NCBI RefSeq assembly: GCF_031458115.1 | Contig: NZ_JAVDXV010000006.1 | Span: 382,276-414,275 of the forward strand | Reading direction: 5' to 3' | From: Roseateles asaccharophilus | Lineage (GTDB): Bacteria > Pseudomonadota > Gammaproteobacteria > Burkholderiales > Burkholderiaceae_C | DNA: 32,000 nucleotides | Shown here: in pieces, positions 25,444 to 32,000 of the stretch | Position numbering within the stretch: the stretch's first letter is position 1 | How the letters are laid out: each line of letters begins with the position of its first letter | Notes under the pieces: generated by a model | What the model was told of the DNA's origin: nothing | What the model saw: only the letters and a program-made list of their open reading frames with translations | The model's database searches: none | Position numbers and translations under genes: made by a program

Positions 25444-26109
25444 ATGAGCACTCCCTTCGCCTCTCCCCCCAACGTCGGCCTGGGCAACCCGGTCGCCGTG
25501 GCGTGGGTGAACAAGTTGAAGGCCCAGCCGCGCAAGCAGGGTGAGGCCTCGTTCTTCTTCTACGACGCGCATTTCAAGAACGCGGCCGTCAAGATCCTGC
25601 CGGGCGAGTACTTCGTCGACCAGGAAGACCTGCTGGTTATGACCACGCTGGGCTCCTGCATCGCGGCCTGCCTGTGGGACCGCGTGGCCAAGGTCGGCGG
25701 AATGAACCACTTCATGCTGCCCGAAGGCAATGGCGACTCGGGCCGCTACGGCTCGTTCGCGATGGAACTGCTGATCAACGAGATGATGAAGCGCGGAGCC
25801 AGCAAGGCGCGCATGGAGGCCAAGATCTTCGGCGGTGGCGCCGTCATCTCGGGCATGAACTCCATCAACGTCGGCGAGCGCAACACCAACTTCGTCATCG
25901 ACTATCTGAAGCTGGAGCGCATTCCCATCGTGTCCAAGGACGTGATGGATGTGTACCCCCGCAAGGTCTGCTTCCTGCCGGCCAGCGGCAAGGCGATGGT
26001 CAAGCGCCTGGCGCCGACGAACACCGACGCGCTGGTCCAGCAGGACAAGCAAGCGATCCAGAAGGTGCAGCCGGTCGCGAGCAGCGGCGGCTCCATCGAT
26101 CTGTTCTAG
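25444..26109 (+). CDS. cheD: Chemoreceptor glutamine deamidase
   Basis: ATG 25444 (MSTPFASPP..). Contains [20 protein letters not shown] and KIFGGG, typical of CheD. Confidence 0.85.
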   Translation: MSTPFASPPNVGLGNPVAVAWVNKLKAQPRKQGEASFFFYDAHFKNAAVKILPGEYFVDQEDLLVMTTLGSCIAACLWDRVAKVGGMNHFMLPEGNGDSGRYGSFAMELLINEMMKRGASKARMEAKIFGGGAVISGMNSINVGERNTNFVIDYLKLERIPIVSKDVMDVYPRKVCFLPASGKAMVKRLAPTNTDALVQQDKQAIQKVQPVASSGGSIDLF

Positions 26110-26131
26110 AGAGTTGTTAGGAGGGCCAACG

Positions 26132-27220
26132 ATGGCCAAGACCAAGGTCGTGGTGGTGGACGATTCGGCGCTGGTGCGCTCCATCCTGACCGAGATCATC
26201 AACCGCCAGCCCGATATGGAATGCATTGGCGCTGCGGCCGACCCGCTGGTCGCGCGCGAGATGATCCGCAACCTGAATCCCGACGTCATCACGCTGGATG
26301 TGGAGATGCCGCGCATGGACGGGCTGGACTTCCTGTCGCGCCTGATGCGGCTGCGGCCCATGCCCGTCGTGATGGTGTCCACGCTGACCGAGCGTGGTGC
26401 CGAGGTCACGCTGAAGGCGCTGGAACTGGGCGCGATCGACTTCGTCGCCAAGCCCAAGATCGGCGTGGCCGACGGCATCCGCCTGCTGGCCCAGGACATC
26501 ACCGACAAGATCCGCATCGCCTCCAAGGCGCACATCCGCCGTGCGCCGGCCGCGCCGGCTCCGGGCGCGCCGGCCGCTGCACCCGTCAAGGCCGTGACCA
26601 TGGCCAGCCTGGGCAAGGCGTCCACCGAGAAGATCATCTTCATCGGCGCCTCCACCGGCGGGACCGAGGCCACCAAGGACGTGCTGATCAACTTGCCGGC
26701 GGACAGCCCGGCCGTGGTCATCACGCAGCACATGCCGCCCGGCTTCACGAAGAGCTATGCGACGCGGCTGGACGGCCTGTGCAAGATCCGCGTGAAGGAA
26801 GCGCAGGACGGTGAGCGCATCCTGCCGGGCCACGGCTACATCGCGCCCGGCGGCCTGCACCTGAGCATCGAGCGCAGTGGCGCGAACTACATCGCCCGCG
26901 TGCAGGACGGCGAGCCCATCAACCGGCACAAGCCGTCGGTCGAGGCGCTGTTCCTGTCGGCCGCCAAGGTCGTGGGGCCCAATGCCATCGGCATCATGCT
27001 GACCGGCATGGGCGCCGACGGCGCGCGGGCCATGAAGGTCATGAAGGACGCTGGCTCCTACAACTACTGCCAGGACGAAGCCAGCTGCGTCGTCTTCGGC
27101 ATGCCCCGCGAGGCCATCGCGGCCGGCGCGGCGGACGAGGTGCTGCCGCTGAACCAGATCGCGGCCAAGGTGCTGGAGCGGCTGCGCGCCACGTCCGGCA
27201 TGTCGCTCAACCGCGTTTGA
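26132..27220 (+). CDS. cheB: Chemotaxis response regulator protein-glutamate methylesterase
   Basis: GGAGG RBS. REC domain ([11 protein letters not shown]...[11 protein letters not shown]) plus methylesterase domain (IGASTGG, HMPPGFT, GMGADG). Confidence 0.9.
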   Translation: MAKTKVVVVDDSALVRSILTEIINRQPDMECIGAAADPLVAREMIRNLNPDVITLDVEMPRMDGLDFLSRLMRLRPMPVVMVSTLTERGAEVTLKALELGAIDFVAKPKIGVADGIRLLAQDITDKIRIASKAHIRRAPAAPAPGAPAAAPVKAVTMASLGKASTEKIIFIGASTGGTEATKDVLINLPADSPAVVITQHMPPGFTKSYATRLDGLCKIRVKEAQDGERILPGHGYIAPGGLHLSIERSGANYIARVQDGEPINRHKPSVEALFLSAAKVVGPNAIGIMLTGMGADGARAMKVMKDAGSYNYCQDEASCVVFGMPREAIAAGAADEVLPLNQIAAKVLERLRATSGMSLNRV

Positions 27221-27517
27221 TCAGCGCCGGGCGCCCGGGGCATCCGCCTTGGCCAGCGTCGTGGTCTGCGGTGCAGGGCTTTCGGCCGGCATCACGGGCC
27301 GGAATCCATCCAGCTTCTTGGGCGATGTCGGCACCCAGGCTGTGCGCACCGGCGCCCGGGTGGCCTTGCCCGTGATGACGACACGCGCCGGCCCATCGGC
27401 GGCCGCCTCCTTCAGCGCGGCGTTGCTGTCAGTGAAGGCCTGGGCGGTCGTGGCGGCGCCGATCAGGGCGACGGCCAGCGGCAAGGCAAAGGCGATCCAG
27501 CGAAGGTTGTTTTGCAT
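27221..27517 (-). CDS. Small secreted hypothetical protein
   Basis: AAGGAG RBS before ATG 27517. Signal peptide MQNNLRWIAFALPLAVALIGAATTAQA. Confidence 0.5.
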   Translation of the reverse strand: MQNNLRWIAFALPLAVALIGAATTAQAFTDSNAALKEAAADGPARVVITGKATRAPVRTAWVPTSPKKLDGFRPVMPAESPAPQTTTLAKADAPGARR

Positions 27518-27608
27518 GACTGCTCCTTGAGTGCTGGTTATGCTACGCAACCAATCAACGCTCAAGAAGCGCTGATTTCTTCATTCGCTGGTCGATTTTG
27601 CTTACCAT

Positions 27609-28535
27609 ATGGCTTCGCTGGACCGTTTTCCGCTGCACTACCTCGCCGCCTTCCGGGCCGCCGCGCAGACCGAGAACCTGCGCGCCGCAGCCGAAAGCCT
27701 GCACCTGACACACAGCGCGGTCAGCCAGCAGATCCGTGGGCTGGAGACGGCGCTGGGCTTCGAGGTCTTCACGCGCCAGGGCCGGCGGCTGGTGCTGAAC
27801 CCGGCTGGCCAGGCGCTGCAGCGCGCGGTGGCCAAGGTGTTCGCCGAGCTTCAGGCCGGCGTGCTGGCCGCCACGCAGGCGCACGGCAAGACCGCGCAGA
27901 CGCTGCGCGTGACCGCCCTGCCCTCGTTCGCGCAACGCTGGTTGATGCCCCGGCTGCCCCGCTGGCAGGCCATGCAGCCCTGCATCTCGCTGGACCTGCA
28001 CACGTCACACCAGGTGGTGGACCTGGAGCGCGAGGGTTATCACATCGGCCTGCGCGTGGGCCGCGGCCCGTGGTCAGGCCTGGTCACCGAGCGACTCTTC
28101 CATTCACCGCTGATCACCGTGGCTGCGCCGGTGCTGGCGCACAAGCTGATCGGCCAGCCAGTCGCCGCGCTGGTTAACGAGCCACTGCTGGGAGACACGG
28201 AGGACTGGCAGGAGTGGTTTGCCGGCTTGGGAGTGAAGGCCTCGCCCGTGGTGGTGGCCAGCTTCAACGATGCCGGCGTGCTGCTGCAGGCCGGCGAGCA
28301 AGGCATGGGCGTGGCCCTCGCCCGCGAGCTGCTGGCGGCTGACGCGCTGCTGGACGGCCGGCTGGTGCGCATCCATGCCCACATGGTGGATCTGGATGCG
28401 GGACGCGACTACCAGATCGTCTACCCCGAAGCGCTACGCGACGACCCGGCCGTGCGGGCTTTCAGCGACTGGCTGCACGCCGAGATCGCAGCCCTTCAGC
28501 AACGACTCACAGAAACAGCGACTGCAGATCGCTGA
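27609..28535 (+). CDS. LysR-family transcriptional regulator
   Basis: N-terminal HTH (LRAAAESLHLTHSAVSQQIRGLE) plus a LysR substrate-binding domain; 308 aa. Confidence 0.9.
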   Translation: MASLDRFPLHYLAAFRAAAQTENLRAAAESLHLTHSAVSQQIRGLETALGFEVFTRQGRRLVLNPAGQALQRAVAKVFAELQAGVLAATQAHGKTAQTLRVTALPSFAQRWLMPRLPRWQAMQPCISLDLHTSHQVVDLEREGYHIGLRVGRGPWSGLVTERLFHSPLITVAAPVLAHKLIGQPVAALVNEPLLGDTEDWQEWFAGLGVKASPVVVASFNDAGVLLQAGEQGMGVALARELLAADALLDGRLVRIHAHMVDLDAGRDYQIVYPEALRDDPAVRAFSDWLHAEIAALQQRLTETATADR

Positions 28536-29691
28536 GGAAGTCGAAGCCCCGCGCGGTAGGCTGGATGCGCGCCGGGTCGGCCTCCAGCAGGCCGCGCGCA
28601 CGGGCCTCTGCCAGCCCCTTGGCGATGCTGGACGGCGGCAGGCCGGTGCGCTCCAGGAACTGCGTCAGCGTGACGCCCTCCTTCAGCCGCAGCGCGTTCA
28701 GCATGAACTCGAACGGCAGGTCCTTGCGCACCACTTCGTGCTCGTTGCTGACCTTGTTGGCCTGCGCCATGAAGGCCGCCGGCTCGCGCCAGCGCACCTG
28801 GCGCAGCACGCGGTTGGGGAAGGACAGCTTGCTGTGCGCGCCCGCGCCAATGCCGAGGTAGTCGCCGAACTGCCAGTAGTTCAGGTTGTGCGTGCAGCGG
28901 TGGCCGTCGCGCGCGTAGGCCGACACCTCATAACGCTGCAAGCCCGTGGCGCCGGTCTTGGCGGTGATCAGGTCCAGCATGTCGCTGGCCAGGTCCGGGT
29001 CGGGCAGGTGCTCGGGCGTGCGCGTCGCGAACACGGTGTTGGGTTCGATGGTCAGGTGATAGATGGACAGATGCGGCGGCTTGAAGGCCAGCGCCATGTC
29101 CAGCTCAGCAGCCAGATCGGCCAGCGTCTGGCCTGGCAGCGCGTACATCAGGTCCAGGTTCCAGGTGTCGAACGCACCCGCCGCCTCGGCCAGTGCCTCG
29201 CGCGCCTGCGTCGAACTGTGCACGCGGCCCAGCGTCTTCAGCTGCGCGTCGTCGAAGCTCTGCACGCCCACCGACAAGCGCGTGACGCCGGCCTGGCGGA
29301 AGCCCGCGAAGCGCTCACGCTCGAAGGTGCCGGGGTTGGCCTCCAGCGTGATCTCGCAGCCTGCCTCCAGCGGCAGCCGCGCGCGGATGTCGGAGATCAG
29401 CTGCCCGATCTGCTCGGGGTTGAACAGGCTGGGCGTGCCGCCACCGATGAAGATGCTGACGACCGGCCGGCCCCAGATCAGCGGCAGCGCGGCTTCCAGG
29501 TCGGCACGCAGCGCGGCGAGATAGGCCTCTGCGGTGTCGAGCGCCAGCGCCCCACCCTTGACCTCGTGCGAGTTGAAATCGCAGTACGGACATTTGCGCA
29601 GGCACCAGGGCAGGTGCACGTAAAGCGCGAGCGGCGGCAGCGCCGGCAGCTGCAGCGTGCCCGGGCGCATCAGATGCAACAGGTCCGCCAT
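28507..29691 (-). CDS. hemW: Radical SAM heme chaperone / coproporphyrinogen-III-oxidase-like protein
   Basis: CLRKCPYCDF (CxxxCxxC) radical-SAM motif, 394 aa, downstream of rdgB as in the common rph-rdgB-hemW arrangement. Confidence 0.85.
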   Translation of the reverse strand: MADLLHLMRPGTLQLPALPPLALYVHLPWCLRKCPYCDFNSHEVKGGALALDTAEAYLAALRADLEAALPLIWGRPVVSIFIGGGTPSLFNPEQIGQLISDIRARLPLEAGCEITLEANPGTFERERFAGFRQAGVTRLSVGVQSFDDAQLKTLGRVHSSTQAREALAEAAGAFDTWNLDLMYALPGQTLADLAAELDMALAFKPPHLSIYHLTIEPNTVFATRTPEHLPDPDLASDMLDLITAKTGATGLQRYEVSAYARDGHRCTHNLNYWQFGDYLGIGAGAHSKLSFPNRVLRQVRWREPAAFMAQANKVSNEHEVVRKDLPFEFMLNALRLKEGVTLTQFLERTGLPPSSIAKGLAEARARGLLEADPARIQPTARGFDFLSDLQSLFL

Positions 29692-29692
29692 G

Positions 29693-30298
29693 TCAGCCGA
29701 GGCGCCAGACCTCGCGGAATTGAGCGATCAGCTGGACCGCGGCAAGCGCGCGGTGGCTGTGCCGGTTCTTGACCTCGGCGCCCAGGCGGGCCACGGTCTG
29801 GCCCAACTCGGGAATCTGCATCAGCGGGTCATAGCCGAAGCCACCCTCACCGTCGGGTGAGGTCAGGATCTCGCCCATCCAGCGGCCCATCGCGATCAGC
29901 GGCTCGGGGTCGTCGGCACTGCGCACGGCCACCAGCGCGCAGACAAAGCGGGCGCGGCGGTCTTTCACATCGGCCAGCTCGCGCAGCAGGCGCTCGTTGT
30001 TGGCGGCATCGCTCTTCTCACCCCCCACGTTCAGCGCGTAGCGCGCCGAGCGCACGCCCGGTGCGCCGCCCAGCGCATCGACGCTGATGCCGGAGTCGTC
30101 CGCCAGCGCAGGCAGGCCGCTCAGCCTGGCCGCATGCCGTGCCTTGGCCAGCGCGTTCTCGGCAAAGGTGTCGAACGGTTCCTCCGCCTCCGGAATGCCC
30201 AGGCTGCCCTGCGTCACCAGCTCGATGCCGAGCGGCGCGAACAAGGCCTGCAGCTCGACGAGCTTCTTGGCGTTGTTGGAGGCCAGAACGAGCTTCAT
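29693..30298 (-). CDS. rdgB: dITP/XTP pyrophosphatase (Ham1 family)
   Basis: MKLVLASNNAKKLVEL...ADDSG...FGYDP motifs; 201 aa. Confidence 0.9.
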   Translation of the reverse strand: MKLVLASNNAKKLVELQALFAPLGIELVTQGSLGIPEAEEPFDTFAENALAKARHAARLSGLPALADDSGISVDALGGAPGVRSARYALNVGGEKSDAANNERLLRELADVKDRRARFVCALVAVRSADDPEPLIAMGRWMGEILTSPDGEGGFGYDPLMQIPELGQTVARLGAEVKNRHSHRALAAVQLIAQFREVWRLG

Positions 30299-30383
30299 GT
30301 CTGCCCCTCGCCCGATGAGTACATCGGCCGATCCCCCGAGGGGATAGCCGCTTGCCTGGGGCGGCCCGGCGCTGCGCGGCCTG

Positions 30384-31106
30384 TCATGCGCTCTTTTGCA
30401 ACGCGATCAGCTCGCGGATGCCCTTGTCGGCGAGGTCCAGCAGCGCGTTCATCTCGTCGCGCGTGAACACCACACCTTCGGCCGTGCCCTGCAGTTCGAC
30501 AAAGCCGCCCGAGCCGGTCATGACCACATTCATGTCGGTGTCGCAGGCGGAGTCTTCGGTGTACTCCAGGTCCAGCAGCGGCACACCGTCGACGATGCCC
30601 ACCGAGATGGCGGCCACCGAATCCTTGATCGGCGAGCGCGACAGCTTGCTGTCGGCGATGAGCTTGTTGACGGCGTCCGTCGCGGCAACGAAGGCACCGG
30701 TGATGGCCGCCGTGCGCGTGCCGCCGTCGGCCTGCAGCACGTCGCAGTCCAGCGTGATGGTGCGCTCGCCCAGCGCGGCCAGGTCGAACACCGCGCGCAG
30801 CGAGCGGCCGATGAGGCGCTGGATCTCCTGCGTGCGGCCGCTCTGCTTGCCCTTGGCCGCCTCGCGGTCGCTGCGGGTGTGCGTGGCACGCGGCAGCATG
30901 CCGTACTCGGCCGTCACCCAGCCCTCGCCGGAGCCGCGCTTGTGCGGCGGCACGCGCTCTTCGACCGACGCCGTGCACAGCACGCGCGTGTCGCCGAACT
31001 CGATCAGTACCGAACCCTCGGCATGCACGGTGAAACCGCGGGTGATGCGCACGGGGCGCAATTGATTGGCAGCGCGGCCTGCGCTGCGCGTGGAGGTCTT
31101 GGTCAT
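30384..31106 (-). CDS. rph: Ribonuclease PH
   Basis: 240 aa with [12 protein letters not shown]...[16 protein letters not shown]...[19 protein letters not shown]. Confidence 0.95.
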   Translation of the reverse strand: MTKTSTRSAGRAANQLRPVRITRGFTVHAEGSVLIEFGDTRVLCTASVEERVPPHKRGSGEGWVTAEYGMLPRATHTRSDREAAKGKQSGRTQEIQRLIGRSLRAVFDLAALGERTITLDCDVLQADGGTRTAAITGAFVAATDAVNKLIADSKLSRSPIKDSVAAISVGIVDGVPLLDLEYTEDSACDTDMNVVMTGSGGFVELQGTAEGVVFTRDEMNALLDLADKGIRELIALQKSA

Positions 31107-31118
31107 GGGGAAGAAGAG

Positions 31119-32000
31119 TTAGCGGCGGTTGAGGCCGCGGCCGGACTGGCGGATGACTTCATTGATCTCGCGCACCGAGCGCTCGATCTCTTCGTCGTCC
31201 ATCGCGGCAACGAGATCGGCATCGAGCGCCCCCTGGATGGTGGACGCGAAGCCGGAATTGCCGAGGTTCTGCGTGGTGTCGCCGGCGGGGTCGCCCTCGC
31301 CTTCCCACTCGACGGCGAGCACGGTGACGTTGTCGCTGCGGGCACCGCCGCGGCGCAAGGCCTGCTCGACCAGTTCGGGCACCACTTCGGCGATGGTCTG
31401 CTCGCCGAGGTGCTGCACGATCTCGTGGTCCTCGACGCTGCCCCACAGGCCGTCGGAACACAGCAGCAGGCGGTCGCCCGACTCCATCACCATAGGCCCC
31501 TGGCAGTCCACCATGGGCTTGCCGGGGCTGCCCAGGCAAGTGAACAGCACGTTGCGGTTGAAGACCTCGGTGCCACGTCCCACGCGGCCCAGGGCCTCCT
31601 GCAACTCGGAATAGGAATGGTCGCGCGTGCGGGCGATCAGCTTGCCGGCGCGAACGAGGTACAGGCGCGAGTCTCCGCAATGCGCCCACCAGGCCTGATT
31701 GCCTTGCAGGATGCAGGCGACCACGGTCGTGCGAGGCGTGTCGGACAAGCCCTTGCTCTCGGCATAGCGCAGCAGTTGCTGGTGCGCGATGACGATGGTT
31801 TCCTGCAGGAAGCGCTGGGGGTCGTCCAGCACCGGACGGGCCTCCTGCTGGAACAGCGCGGCCAGCGTCTGCAGCGCGATCTGCGCAGCGACCTCGCCTT
31901 CCGGATGGCCGCCCATGCCGTCGGCCAGCGCGAACAGGCCAGCCTCCCGCGTGAAGCAGTAGCCCATGCGGTCTTCATTGGTCTCGCGGCCGCCGCGGCG
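31119..32000 (-). CDS. PP2C-family Ser/Thr protein phosphatase (N-terminus beyond window)
   Basis: ALADGMGGH and LLCSDGLW motifs. The reading frame stays open upstream of M at 31967 (..GGRETNEDRMGY), so the real start is outside the window. Confidence 0.85.
   Translation of the reverse strand, partial: RRGGRETNEDRMGYCFTREAGLFALADGMGGHPEGEVAAQIALQTLAALFQQEARPVLDDPQRFLQETIVIAHQQLLRYAESKGLSDTPRTTVVACILQGNQAWWAHCGDSRLYLVRAGKLIARTRDHSYSELQEALGRVGRGTEVFNRNVLFTCLGSPGKPMVDCQGPMVMESGDRLLLCSDGLWGSVEDHEIVQHLGEQTIAEVVPELVEQALRRGGARSDNVTVLAVEWEGEGDPAGDTTQNLGNSGFASTIQGALDADLVAAMDDEEIERSVREINEVIRQSGRGLNRR

Overview
High-GC proteobacterial chromosome segment; the gene content looks betaproteobacterial or Comamonadaceae-like, but the taxon is only a guess. 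Left part (1-7956): a periplasmic copper-handling cluster (AraC-type regulator, His/Cys-rich small protein, TolC-like outer-membrane lipoprotein, Tat-exported multicopper oxidase, cupredoxin, CusF-like protein), then tRNA-Ser(CGA), serS, ispH and fkpB. Centre (8442-20702): a ~12.3 kb, visibly AT-richer insertion that splits radC. It reads as a complete filamentous (Inovirus-like) prophage with a g5p-like ssDNA-binding protein, major coat protein, small hydrophobic proteins, g3p-like adsorption protein, g6p-like protein, Zot/g1p ATPase, g4p-like secretin and an HUH rolling-circle Rep. It also carries a large serine recombinase at its right end. The element is bounded by 23-bp near-perfect inverted repeats flanked by a TC dinucleotide. 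In-silico excision restores the radC frame across the junction. The prophage also holds a 514-bp non-coding region with a ~39-bp periodic array of GTGACTC motifs plus GC-rich hairpins, a recurring CTATAC(A/G)GG promoter-like motif, GTCAC..GTGAC palindromes, and an AT-rich block of orphan genes, one with an AbrB/SpoVT-type domain. Right part (20703-32000): radC 3' fragment, Smr-domain protein, TonB, group-II truncated hemoglobin, ParA/MinD-like ATPase, GGDEF cyclase, cheR-cheD-cheB, LysR regulator, hemW, rdgB, rph and a PP2C phosphatase truncated by the window edge. Many long ORFs in the track are antisense artefacts of the high GC content and are not called.
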